In this document: one piece after another, positions 55,218 to 64,000 of the stretch
How the letters are laid out: each line of letters starts with the position of its first letter
Position numbering within the stretch: position 1 is the first letter of the stretch
Origin: an uncultured Phycisphaera sp.
GTDB taxonomy: Bacteria > Planctomycetota > Phycisphaerae > UBA1845
Reading direction: 5' to 3'
DNA length: 64,000 nucleotides
NCBI GenBank assembly: GCA_964486335.1
Contig: CAZAMB010000001.1
Location: 231,979-295,978 of the forward strand
Notes under the pieces: model-generated
Told to the model about the DNA's origin: nothing
The model's input: only the letters and a program-made list of their open reading frames with translations
Databases searched by the model: none
Position numbers and translations under genes: made by a program

Positions 55218-57806
55218 CTAACATTTGGAGAAGCCGCAGCCTTCGCAGGTCATGCATCCTTCGCTGAATCGGAGCATTCCCTGACAATCCGGACAGCGGA
55301 CCTTGTACTGGGTCTGCTGCCAACCGATGCCCTGAGCGTCAAATCGCGATGGCGGCGCTGTCGCGGCAGGTCGCGCCACGGCGGGCTTATTGCCGTTTCC
55401 GTGGGAACCATGTCCGTTTCCATTGCCGTTTCCGCTGCCGTTGGACTTGGGAGCGGCTTTCAAGCGCCCTGCGGCGTCTGCCTCCACTTCGCCATAAAGG
55501 AGCGCACGAAGACCGCAATCCTTCTTGGCACGCATGTACTTCTGCAGACCGCGAGCCAGCCCGTCACCCAGGCTCATGATTTTGCCTTCCTTGGTGGAGA
55601 CCTGAAGGCTCGATCCGATGGAATGAAGCTGATTGATGACGTGGTCCAGAGTACCGCCGGAGCGCAACCACAGACTGATCATCCGGCAAATGGCTTCCAA
55701 ATCGCTGTTGGCCAGATCGCCGCCCTTGCCGAGCTGAGCGAACACTTCCATTTCGCGTTCGGCGCGAGGATCGACCGTGATGTTGATGTGCATGTTGCCG
55801 AACGGGGTCAACTGCCGGACGCGAATGCCGCTGGTGATTTCCGGAAGCGTCGCCGGTTCAAGCGGCTTGTGCGCGGCCCCTTCGATGGGGGCGGCGGACT
55901 TGGACTGGGTCTTGTCGCTGGCTTTAAGCGCCATCGGCTGGTGCTCGCGACAACCGTTGCGATACACCGTCACGCCCTTGCAGCGCATGTCGTAGGCCAT
56001 TCGGTAAATCTGATCGACCTCGTCAACCGTCGCCGCTTCGGGGAAGTTGATGGTCTTTGAAATCGACGCATCGCAATGTCGCTGAAAAGCGGCCTGCATG
56101 CGCATGTGCCACTCGGGCGAGATGTCGTGCGCGCACACGAACACCTGCTTGACGGCGTCGGGCACCTCGGGAATACCAGCGAGGGTGCCGTCCGTGGCAA
56201 TCCGCTCCATCAACCCCTCGCTAAAAAAGCCGTGCTGACGAGCCTCGGCTTCGAAAATCGGATTGATCTCGACCATCGGTCCCTGCCCTTCCGATTGTCC
56301 ACGAAGGACGTTTCGGAAGAAGGCTAGGCTGTACATCGGTTCGATCCCGCCGGAGCAGCCCGCGATGATGCTGATCGTTCCGGTCGGGGCGACCGTCGTG
56401 CAGGTCGCGTTGCGCATCGGGCGATGAAACTTCGTATCATACAGACTGCCTTTCCAGTTCGGAAAGCAGCCTCGCTCAATCGCCAGTTTTTCGCTGTATT
56501 GGTGCGACTCTTCATCGACGAACTTCATGAACCGCTCGCCCCAGAAAACACCCTCGTGGCTGTTGTAGGGCACGCCCATCTTGTAGAGCGCGTCGGCGAA
56601 TCCCATGATGCCCAGGCCGATCTTGCGATTGGCCTTGCAAATGTCGGTGATCTCTTGCAGCGGATAACGGTTCACATCGATGATGTTGTCGAGAAAACGT
56701 GTGGTTTCGTGAACGCAATCGCGCAGGCCGTCCCAATCGACCGAGGCCTCGCTTCCGGACTCCCCGCCGGTGACGAATTCGGCCAAGTTGATGCTGCCGA
56801 GGTTGCACGCTTCGTAAGGCAGAAGCGGCTGCTCTCCGCACGGATTGGTCGCCTCCATCCGGCCGATGTGCGGCGTCGGATTGTGCTCGTTGATGCGATC
56901 GATGTAGACGACGCCCGGTTCGCCGGTGCGATGGGCGTTGCGCAGAATGATGTTCCAGATGTCCGCGCAGGTGTAGAACTCGCCCTGCGGCATCGGCTCG
57001 CCCTCGCGGATCTCCACAAGCGATCGAATGTCGTACTTCCAGATTTCAAGATTCTTGGGAAGCAGATAGGTCCGCCCGGTTCGCGGATTGCGCACCACGT
57101 GCGGCCCTTGAGCATCGCGAGTGAATTGCTCCATCCACGCGTCGGGAACTTTGACCGAAATGTTGTAATTCGTGAACTGGCTCAGGTCTTCCTTGGCATG
57201 GAGAAACTTCAGAATGTCGGGATGATGGATGTACATCATGCCCATGTTCGCGCCGCGACGAAATGCGCCCTGCTGGATGGCGTTGGTCGCTTCGCTGAAC
57301 GCTCGCCAGAAGGAAATCGGACCGCTCGTCGTGCCGCCGCTGCTGCTGATGTAATCGCCGGTGGGGCGCAGTTCATCAAAGGCGAAGCCGGTTCCGCCAC
57401 CGGCTTTCTGGATCAGGGCCGTGTGCTTGATGGAGTCGAAAATCTCGTTGATGCTGTCCCGAACCGGGAGCACGAAGCACGCGCTCAGCATGCCCATCTC
57501 GCGCCCCGCATTCATCAGCGTCGGGCTGTTGGGCATGAACCGGCGACTGACCATCAACGTGAAGAATCGGTCCTCCCACTCGCCGCGGACTCGCGGGTCG
57601 GAACTGTAGAGCGTTTCAGCTTCGGCGACCGCGCTGGCAACCCGCCGAAACAGCTCGTCCGGTGTCTCCGTATACCGGCCTTCCTCGTCCTTCTTCAGGT
57701 ACCGCGCCCGAAGAACCCGCACGGCATTTTCCGAAAAACCGAGCCTCGACTGCCGTGTGTCATCCGTAACACCCAAACCACGATCCTTGACCACCATTTC
57801 CGCCAT
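55218..57806 (-). CDS. nrdJ: adenosylcobalamin-dependent (class II) ribonucleotide reductase
   Basis: ATG 57806 (MAEMVVKDRG..). SENAVRVLRARYL, FMPNSPTLMNAG, LSACFVLP, GGGTGF.F..LRP, NPCGEQPLL.YE.CNLGS and TVAPTGTIS match class II RNR. The C-terminal tail ends in a Cys-rich zinc-ribbon-like motif. Confidence 0.93.
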   Translation of the reverse strand: MAEMVVKDRGLGVTDDTRQSRLGFSENAVRVLRARYLKKDEEGRYTETPDELFRRVASAVAEAETLYSSDPRVRGEWEDRFFTLMVSRRFMPNSPTLMNAGREMGMLSACFVLPVRDSINEIFDSIKHTALIQKAGGGTGFAFDELRPTGDYISSSGGTTSGPISFWRAFSEATNAIQQGAFRRGANMGMMYIHHPDILKFLHAKEDLSQFTNYNISVKVPDAWMEQFTRDAQGPHVVRNPRTGRTYLLPKNLEIWKYDIRSLVEIREGEPMPQGEFYTCADIWNIILRNAHRTGEPGVVYIDRINEHNPTPHIGRMEATNPCGEQPLLPYEACNLGSINLAEFVTGGESGSEASVDWDGLRDCVHETTRFLDNIIDVNRYPLQEITDICKANRKIGLGIMGFADALYKMGVPYNSHEGVFWGERFMKFVDEESHQYSEKLAIERGCFPNWKGSLYDTKFHRPMRNATCTTVAPTGTISIIAGCSGGIEPMYSLAFFRNVLRGQSEGQGPMVEINPIFEAEARQHGFFSEGLMERIATDGTLAGIPEVPDAVKQVFVCAHDISPEWHMRMQAAFQRHCDASISKTINFPEAATVDEVDQIYRMAYDMRCKGVTVYRNGCREHQPMALKASDKTQSKSAAPIEGAAHKPLEPATLPEITSGIRVRQLTPFGNMHINITVDPRAEREMEVFAQLGKGGDLANSDLEAICRMISLWLRSGGTLDHVINQLHSIGSSLQVSTKEGKIMSLGDGLARGLQKYMRAKKDCGLRALLYGEVEADAAGRLKAAPKSNGSGNGNGNGHGSHGNGNKPAVARPAATAPPSRFDAQGIGWQQTQYKVRCPDCQGMLRFSEGCMTCEGCGFSKC

Positions 57807-58051
57807 GAGTACGCCACGCCTCCACCGGCGCAAAACGCCGGACAAGTGAACAAAAAATATCCTTTAGCTGCTTAAGATTGGCAAGTTCCGGATGCAATCC
57901 GAACAGCCGCCGGCCTCGCCATTGGACCGGGTCGTTTCAGGGTTCGCGAAGCTGGAAACTTGAACGCTAACACCCATGATGGGGCCTCGCCGCGATTGCT
58001 GGATACCGGATCAGCATCCTATCTTGATTATCGGCTCTCGTCAACAGAAAA

Positions 58052-58067
58052 ACACCATATATTGTAC
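58052..58067 (-). promoter_or_regulatory. NrdR-box-like palindrome 1
   Basis: acaccatatattgtac matches 13 of 16 positions of the published NrdR-box consensus acaCwAtATaTwGtgt. It overlaps the -10-like element. Confidence 0.45.
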
Positions 58068-58089
58068 ATCGATTTTGTACGTAACACAA
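58061..58089 (-). promoter_or_regulatory. putative nrdJ promoter
   Basis: The minus strand reads TTGTGT (58089-58084), a 17-nt spacer, then TACAAT (58066-58061). This implies a 5' UTR of about 250 nt before ATG 57806. Confidence 0.35.
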
Positions 58090-58099
58090 GTTAATGTGC
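58084..58099 (-). promoter_or_regulatory. NrdR-box-like palindrome 2
   Basis: acacaagttaatgtgc matches 12 of 16 positions of the consensus. Its start lies 32 bp from the start of box 1, which is the typical tandem NrdR-box phasing. It overlaps the -35-like element. Confidence 0.4.
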
Positions 58100-58327
58100 G
58101 ATCGGAGTTTACGAAGGATTTTACAGAATCATTCACAAGGGCCATCCTAGCACCATCGAACCAATTCACAGGCGATCTGCCCTCAACTTACGAACGCGAT
58201 TAGGCAAGAAAGTCTGACTATTGCACTGATTGCGTTAAGCGGTACGAACAAAAATCCTTGGACACGTTATTGCGGGTTAGTTATTCGACGGTTTAAGGGC
58301 GGGAAAACGTCACATGCGGTGTTCAAT

Positions 58328-59116
58328 TCAACGCTTCTGCCCGACAAAAACCAAATCCGTCGAGGTTTCGATACTGAATGGCGTTTTCGTGTAATCGCCC
58401 CATACGGCGACGCAATCCACGCCCTGTTCAGCCAACCACAATCGAAGTTCGCTTTCGGTGACAGGATAGAGTGTTCCCGATTGGGCGCGTTGGTGCCAGC
58501 CGTTGTCACTCCAGAGCGTGATGTTGGTGACCTGGACGAGGTCTTCCATGAAATGGAACTGTCGAACTGAGACATATTCGCGCCCGTCCATCTTGCTGAT
58601 GCGCGGGCCGTTGACGCACGGAATCTCCTTTCGCATCTTTTCGAAATTGAGGACCTGAATCAGCATTTTTCCGCCGGAACGCAGGCATTTCGAGCTTTGT
58701 TCGATCGCGGTGCGAACGGCCTGGCGTGATCCCGCGGCAGCGAGGGAATTGCCCTGGCAATACAACCCATCAAACCCGGTTCCGACGGCTCGGTGCATCG
58801 CCGCGTATGTCGATTCGACGAGTCGAACGGAGGCACCATCGCGAGCGGCTGTCTCTTGCGCCAAGGCAAGCATGGCCGGTCCGGCGTCTATACCAACTAC
58901 TTTGTAGCCTTGTTTGGCAAGGGCGGATGCCTGATGCCCGGTGCCGCAACCCATGTCGATGATGCCGCCGGGTCCGGGCGGACCAAAAAGACCGACGAGC
59001 ACCGGGATTTCTCTTTCTAAACGTGCGGTCCAATTGATGGATCGATCATACCAGCGAGCCCCTTCCTCGGACCCCCATGGGGGATGGGCCATAGGTTGAT
59101 TCGTGGGGTACGTCAT
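58328..59116 (-). CDS. class I SAM-dependent methyltransferase
   Basis: ATG 59116 (MTYPTNQPM..). Motif I is IIDMGCGTGHQASALAKQGYKVVGIDAGPAML, followed by FDGLYCQGNSL and GGKMLIQV. Confidence 0.8.
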   Translation of the reverse strand: MTYPTNQPMAHPPWGSEEGARWYDRSINWTARLEREIPVLVGLFGPPGPGGIIDMGCGTGHQASALAKQGYKVVGIDAGPAMLALAQETAARDGASVRLVESTYAAMHRAVGTGFDGLYCQGNSLAAAGSRQAVRTAIEQSSKCLRSGGKMLIQVLNFEKMRKEIPCVNGPRISKMDGREYVSVRQFHFMEDLVQVTNITLWSDNGWHQRAQSGTLYPVTESELRLWLAEQGVDCVAVWGDYTKTPFSIETSTDLVFVGQKR

Positions 59117-59241
59117 TGCCGTATTCTCTCCAGAAGGTGGAAAGGTGACAATCGCATTGAAACGGCGACCAGTGAGGCGACAACCTCTTACAGAATGATG
59201 TTCTTGACAATTGCCAAATGTCAGAAGTATATTCTTTACAT

Positions 59242-59736
59242 ATGAGTATTGAGAGTACAATCGACGCAACGGATCGCGAAATACTGGCAATTCTTCAGGA
59301 AAACGCCAGAACAACGAACGCGGACATCGCGCGGCGAGTCAACATGGCGCCGTCGGCGGTGCTTGAACGAATCCGAAAACTTGAAGAACGCGGGATCATC
59401 CGCGGATATGCGGCGATTCTCAGCCCGAGCGCTTTGGGTTTGGGCTTGTTGGCCTACGTCGCGGTGCGTTCGGAGGGCGGGGTATGGCAGGGGGATTTCG
59501 CGGCGACGTTGAGCCAGGTCCCCGAAGTTCAGGAGGTTCACCATATCGCCGGCGATGATTGTTTTCTGGTGAAAGTAAGGACAAGCGACACAGGCGCTTT
59601 GGGTGAATTGTTGCGCGATCGAATCGGAGCGCTGCCGTCCGTTCGCTCGACGCGCACGACCGTTGTTCTGGAGACGGTGAAGGAATCGTCGCAATTGCCG
59701 ATCGGGGAACGCAACCCGCCGGGGAAGAATGCATGA
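59242..59736 (+). CDS. Lrp/AsnC family transcriptional regulator
   Basis: The HTH region is DATDREILAILQENARTTNADIARRVNMAPSAVLERIRKLEERGII.GY. A RAM-type C-terminal domain follows. The stop overlaps the next gene's start in an ATGA junction. Confidence 0.88.
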   Translation: MSIESTIDATDREILAILQENARTTNADIARRVNMAPSAVLERIRKLEERGIIRGYAAILSPSALGLGLLAYVAVRSEGGVWQGDFAATLSQVPEVQEVHHIAGDDCFLVKVRTSDTGALGELLRDRIGALPSVRSTRTTVVLETVKESSQLPIGERNPPGKNA

Positions 59737-60752
59737 TGACCCCATCCAAGAGTTCAACGCCGACGTTGCTGGGCGTGGCGGCGGCGTTTGCGGCGATCTA
59801 CCTCATCTGGGGATCGACGTACCTGGCGATCAAGTACGCGGTCGAGACGGTTCCGCCGTTTCTCATGGCGGGAACGCGATTCCTGGTGGCCGGATCGATC
59901 ATGTTCGCGTGGCTGCGATTTCGGGGCGGGGAGCGTCCGACGATGATTCACTGGCGGTCGGCCGCCATCATCGGCGGGCTGCTTCTGCTTGGCGGCAACG
60001 GCGGCGTGGTTTGGGCCGAACAAACCGTGCCATCAGGTGTCACTGCTCTGTTGATCACGACGGTTCCGATCTGGATGGTGCTGATCGAGTGGCTTCGGCG
60101 TGGGGGCGTCCGCCCCGAATGGTCGGTGGCGGGGGGCGTGCTGCTCGGTGTTGGCGGCGTCGTCGTGCTGGTTAGCTCGAACGATCTTGGAGGCGGCGTG
60201 CCGTTCAACCGGCTTGGGGCGCTGGTCCTTGTACTGGCGTCGCTCTCGTGGTCGCTCGGCTCGATCTACTCTCGAAGTGCGCCGCTTCCGCAGTCGCCCC
60301 TGTTGCTGACCGCAATGGAGATGTTGTGCGGCGGAGGACTGTTGCTGCTAGCCGGGCTGGTCAGCGGTGAATGGTCGCGGCTGGACGTTGGCGGCATCAC
60401 GGTGCTTTCCGTGCTATCACTCGCTTACCTCATCGTTTTTGGGTCGTTGATTGCCTTCAGTTCCTATGTGTGGCTGCTGAAGGTGAGCACGCCGGCGCGC
60501 GTCTCGACCTATGCCTTTGTCAACCCGATGGTTGCGGTTCTGTTGGGCGTGCTGGTGGCCGGCGAACCGTTCGGCGGACGGACGCTCGCGGCAACGGTGA
60601 TCATCATCGGGGCCGTTGTGCTGATCACGACGAAGGCCCGGCGTGCAAAGGCTCCGCCCAATATCGTTCCCGACTCGAAGCCGACAGGCGAATCGGAAGC
60701 GCCGTCGCGGTGCGCGGTGATTTCGACCGCACAGGCGGCGTGTGCCGACTGA
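59733..60752 (+). CDS. EamA/DMT-family transporter
   Basis: The product has ten predicted hydrophobic helices and two EamA-like halves (IYLIWGSTYLAIKYAVETVPPFLMAGTRF.. and ..FGSLIAFSSYVWLLK). It forms a classic divergent/overlapping pair with the Lrp-type regulator. Confidence 0.88.
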   Translation: MMTPSKSSTPTLLGVAAAFAAIYLIWGSTYLAIKYAVETVPPFLMAGTRFLVAGSIMFAWLRFRGGERPTMIHWRSAAIIGGLLLLGGNGGVVWAEQTVPSGVTALLITTVPIWMVLIEWLRRGGVRPEWSVAGGVLLGVGGVVVLVSSNDLGGGVPFNRLGALVLVLASLSWSLGSIYSRSAPLPQSPLLLTAMEMLCGGGLLLLAGLVSGEWSRLDVGGITVLSVLSLAYLIVFGSLIAFSSYVWLLKVSTPARVSTYAFVNPMVAVLLGVLVAGEPFGGRTLAATVIIIGAVVLITTKARRAKAPPNIVPDSKPTGESEAPSRCAVISTAQAACAD

Positions 60753-61019
60753 GGCCCCTTTCGAGAGCGATCTCGGCTATCACCGCGCGTGTTCAACCCC
60801 CCTATGTCCCCCCTTGGCAAGGGGGGAGGCGATGCGCGGATACGCCGCAAAACAACCGAGAACGTTCCAAGTTGGAACGCAGAATAATCCACTCAATCGG
60901 CACGCGCCGAAACATGAAATCCGTGGATTTTTCTTCGTTCCGAGGCCGCGCGGGCTAAAGCCCGCGGCTCACGATGGCTTTTTCTCTCTGCGTCTGTACC
61001 TCGAACGGGGGCACGATCC

Positions 61020-62264
61020 TTATTTCGTTGCGGTCCAATTGGCGATGGGCGTCGGGTCGTTGCCTTCAGCATACTGGCCGGTGATCTGGCCGGTCTGGGC
61101 ATCCGCCGTGCCGGTGTAGATTCCGCGGTTAAAGCCAAGTCGTTCCGGAGCGTCGTCCTGGAACTGAACGTTGCCATTGGCGTCGACCGTTCCGGTCAGC
61201 GTGAAGTTCCCTGTTTGCGCCCAAGTGCTGGTTCCGGTGATGTTCCCGTTCTGATCCACGGTGATCGTGAAGCTGTGCACCGCGTTTGCAGGGGTTTGAA
61301 TGCCGCCGCCATAGGTACCGGCGAAATCGGCCGCGGTCTGCTGGCCGCCACCTCCGCCACCGCCGCCACCACCACCGGCGACGAACGGCGGTGGGAGTTC
61401 AAAACCCTGGAGGGCACTTGAGCCAAAGAGGCTGATCATCTCGGCGATGTACTTGGCGTGCACGCCGAAGTTGTTGCTCGCGGCGGCTTGTCGCTGCGTT
61501 TCGATTTCGCCGTTTTGTCCGACGGCCAATACGATTTTAACCGTTCCGGCGTTGTTGGTTGCCACGATTTTTCCGCATCGCAGGATGGCCGATCCGCTGG
61601 TTCCCGGCGTGGTGGGCGCCTGATGCTGGAGGAAGTCGATGTTGTCGGGGGTAATGGCGGACTGATCGTAATTGCGCAGGGCGGTAATGGTTCCCGTGAG
61701 GCCGGTGGCTTGCGGGACCGTGCCCGGAACGACGGGGATGATCTCGTCGACGTCGCCGGGGAATCCGGCCAGTTGAATGGCGTCACCGCGGGCCAGCGTT
61801 TCCAATTCCGTCGTGGAAGCGAGCGTGAGCTTGCTGGGGAGGAGTTCCTGCGACGTAAACAAGCCGACGTCCGGTGAGCCGACCGGGTTTCCCGTGTATT
61901 CCGGGTGGGTTAAGGCGCGGAGCAGCGTCACAATGGTCCCGGTTCCCGATTGAACGGCCAAAACGCGCTTCACATTGATTCCGGTCAGTCCGTTGAAGAA
62001 CTCGGTGACGTGGGCGTTGGTGGCAAGCAGTCGGTCGCCCACGGCGAAGGCGGTCCCCAAGGTGCTGTAGCCCAAGTCATTGGCGTTGGGACCGGTTTGA
62101 ACTTCGAGGACGACGGCGTAGGTGGCGGCATCGAGGGTCCGCAAGGCGTCGCGCTCGGCCGGGCAATCGGTCACCCCAGGGACAACAGCCCCGGGGCAGC
62201 CCGCAAGGAGGGTCAAGCCGCCAATGAAACAACCAATCAGTATGCCCTCGAACTTCCGTACCAT
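61020..62264 (-). CDS. trypsin-like (S1) serine protease lipoprotein with poly-Gly linker and C-terminal beta-rich domain
   Basis: ATG 62264 gives MVRKFEGILIGCFIGGLTLLAGC (lipobox). The catalytic contexts are GTAFAVGDRLLATNAHV (His) and TTPGTSGSAIL (Ser). A run of 11 consecutive Gly is followed by a 115-aa Thr/Gly/Asn-rich domain. Confidence 0.75.
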   Translation of the reverse strand: MVRKFEGILIGCFIGGLTLLAGCPGAVVPGVTDCPAERDALRTLDAATYAVVLEVQTGPNANDLGYSTLGTAFAVGDRLLATNAHVTEFFNGLTGINVKRVLAVQSGTGTIVTLLRALTHPEYTGNPVGSPDVGLFTSQELLPSKLTLASTTELETLARGDAIQLAGFPGDVDEIIPVVPGTVPQATGLTGTITALRNYDQSAITPDNIDFLQHQAPTTPGTSGSAILRCGKIVATNNAGTVKIVLAVGQNGEIETQRQAAASNNFGVHAKYIAEMISLFGSSALQGFELPPPFVAGGGGGGGGGGGQQTAADFAGTYGGGIQTPANAVHSFTITVDQNGNITGTSTWAQTGNFTLTGTVDANGNVQFQDDAPERLGFNRGIYTGTADAQTGQITGQYAEGNDPTPIANWTATK

Positions 62265-62587
62265 ATGCTTGAATCCTCTCTTGTCAGGATGGGACGATTT
62301 GTCCCTCCTCGATTCGTTTCCAAAGTCTGATCGAACCCGAACACCAACCCAGGCGGCGGACCGCCTGATCCAATTGGGCCGGATTATTCCGCGAAGTGCG
62401 GGTTGTTGCAACCGATGAATCGGCGGGACGAGTGACAGGATTACACAATCCATACCTTCGGGCCTCGCACGGACCTTGCTAGGATCAGTTGTCCAAGAGT
62501 GCTTGGGCGGGCCGATAGGGAGGTCGGTTTCCGGACATTGACCGGTCACGGAGGGCAACTCGCTGTTTTCGTTCGCCGTGAGGATCC

Positions 62588-64000
62588 ATGCTTCACCGCA
62601 GTTCCATTCTCGTCGTCGCGCTGCTTTTGTTCTCGATGTCCCGGTCGTCGGCGCAAGCCGAATTGCCCCCGCTGATTCCGCGTGAGGTTTTTTTCGGCAA
62701 TCCGGACCGGACCAACCCGCAGATTTCACCGGATGGAAAGCGGCTGGCGTACCTTGCGGCGGACGAGGGTGTGCTGAATGTCTGGATCCGAACGGTCGGT
62801 CGAACGGATGATCGCGTGGTGACGCGGGACCGCAAGCGCGGCATTCGCATGTATTTCTGGGCCCCGAACAACGAACAGATTCTGTACATTCAGGACAAGG
62901 ACGGCGACGAGAACTGGCGGTTGTACGCGGTGAGCATCAAGACGAATGTCGAACGTGATCTCACGCCGTTTGATAACGTTCAGGCGCGAATTGAAGCGGT
63001 GGATCTGAAGTTTCGAAACGAGATCCTGATTTCGCTCAATAAGCGCGATGCCCGGCTTCACGACGTGTATCGAATCAACGTCGTGACCGGTGCGATGAGG
63101 CAAGTTGCGCAGAACGACCAGGACTTCATCGGCTGGGTCGCGGACCACGACTTTCGCGTTCGCGCGGGGGCGAAGATGGCCGAGGACGGCGGCATCGCGC
63201 TTTGGGGTCGAGAAGACGACGCCACGGCCTGGAAGAAGCTGATTCACTGGGGGCCGGAGGATGCGCTCACCAGCGGACCGGTGGGGTTTACGCCCGATGG
63301 GAAAGGGATTTTTCTCATCAGCAGCGTGGGAAGCGAAACGGGTGAACTTCGCTCGTTTGACCTGGCGTCGGCCAAGGAGAAAACGCTGGCCTCGGACAAG
63401 CAGTCGGACGTCACCGACCTCCTGATTCATCCGACGACGTACGCGATTCAGGCGGTGGCGTTTAACAAGACGCGGCTTTCATGGACGGTGCTCGACGCGA
63501 ACATCGTCGATGATTTCAAAGCGCTGGCGGCGGTGCGGGATGGGGACTTCAAGGTGCTCAACCGGGACCGGGCGGACAAAACCTGGCTGGTCTACTACGA
63601 GGTCGATGACGGTCCTGTTTATTACTATGCCTATGACCGGTCGGCGAAGAAAGCGGAGTTTCTTTTCTCGAACCGGTCCGCGCTGGAGAAGCTCACGCTG
63701 GCCAAGATGAAGCCCGTGGAGTTCAAGGCGAGAGACGGCCTGGCGCTTCATGGGTATTTGACGACACCGCCGGGCGTGGAACCGAAGAACCTGCCGATGG
63801 TGCTGAGCGTGCATGGTGGCCCGTGGGCGCGGGACAACTGGGGATTTGACGGGGCGGTGCAGTGGCTGGCGAATCGTGGTTACGCGGTGCTGCAAATCAA
63901 CTTTCGAGGGTCGACGGGGTACGGAAAGGCGTTCATCAATGCGGCCAATCGGGAGTGGGGCGGGAAGATGCACGACGACCTGGTCGATGGTGTGACGTGG
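62588..64000 (+). CDS. S9-family peptidase (prolyl oligopeptidase/dipeptidyl aminopeptidase-like), 3'-truncated by the window end
   Basis: This ORF is not in the track because it has no stop within the window; I translated it by hand from ATG 62588. The product starts MLHRSSILVVALLLFSMSRSSAQA (signal). ISPDGKRLAYL, YIQDKDGDENWRLY and LHGYLT.P.......PMVLSVHGGPWARD.WGF....QWLANRGYAVLQINFRGSTGYGK follow. The catalytic Ser lies beyond position 64000. Confidence 0.88.
   Translation, partial: MLHRSSILVVALLLFSMSRSSAQAELPPLIPREVFFGNPDRTNPQISPDGKRLAYLAADEGVLNVWIRTVGRTDDRVVTRDRKRGIRMYFWAPNNEQILYIQDKDGDENWRLYAVSIKTNVERDLTPFDNVQARIEAVDLKFRNEILISLNKRDARLHDVYRINVVTGAMRQVAQNDQDFIGWVADHDFRVRAGAKMAEDGGIALWGREDDATAWKKLIHWGPEDALTSGPVGFTPDGKGIFLISSVGSETGELRSFDLASAKEKTLASDKQSDVTDLLIHPTTYAIQAVAFNKTRLSWTVLDANIVDDFKALAAVRDGDFKVLNRDRADKTWLVYYEVDDGPVYYYAYDRSAKKAEFLFSNRSALEKLTLAKMKPVEFKARDGLALHGYLTTPPGVEPKNLPMVLSVHGGPWARDNWGFDGAVQWLANRGYAVLQINFRGSTGYGKAFINAANREWGGKMHDDLVDGVTW

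Noticed and set aside
57807-58050. A possible cobalamin riboswitch in the long leader of the B12-dependent nrdJ.
   Set aside because: I could not find a B12-box-like core or the conserved GGGAA/GCCACUG-type elements. Known B12 riboswitches usually control B12-independent isozymes, not nrdJ.
60790-60990. Palindromes ccccccttggcaagggggg and gcgcgggc-taaa-gcccgcg between the convergent eamA-family and protease genes.
   Set aside because: These are ordinary GC-rich hairpins in a convergent intergenic region. They are plausibly bidirectional terminators but lack clear U-tracts, and nothing is unusual beyond that.

Overview
The window is a GC-rich bacterial chromosomal segment. All calls were made by eye, with no BLAST or HMM search. 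The gene content suggests a Planctomycetota-like or similar environmental lineage: kinase/beta-propeller sensors, PQQ propellers, several intramembrane proteases and DUF1844. That placement is inference only. Coding density is high on both strands, and most long ORFs antisense to the called genes are GC-driven shadows.

Secure housekeeping calls:
- Translation and tRNA: frr, ileS, the rpsP-trmD-rplS-yraN block, and two tRNA-Leu genes (GAG and TAA anticodons).
- Metabolism: nadA, deoC, a class IV D-amino-acid aminotransferase, ggt, a PPi-type phosphofructokinase and ygiQ.
- Other: a nuoI-nuoA-nuoB fragment, selB-selA, and a class II ribonucleotide reductase (nrdJ).

Main observations worth a second look:
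1. A 1104-aa ORF (9834-13148) is made of three in-frame copies of a complete secretion-precursor unit. Each copy ends in an IPTL-CTERM-like sorting tail, and two of these normally C-terminal tails are internal.
2. A NUDIX-rhomboid-site-2-protease cluster in which the two unrelated intramembrane proteases carry the same cytoplasmic C-terminal motif.
3. A glycosyltransferase gene overlapping a BshC-like gene.
4. A nuo fragment in non-canonical order, interleaved with two small paralogous proteins of unknown function.
5. A promoter-plus-terminator-bounded candidate small RNA downstream of nrdJ.
6. Tandem NrdR-box-like palindromes over a promoter-like element about 250 nt upstream of nrdJ.
7. A 138-nt inverted-repeat element beside a tRNA-Leu, lying between duplicated PQQ-propeller genes.

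I found no CRISPR array, integrase, transposase or recognisable defence system.
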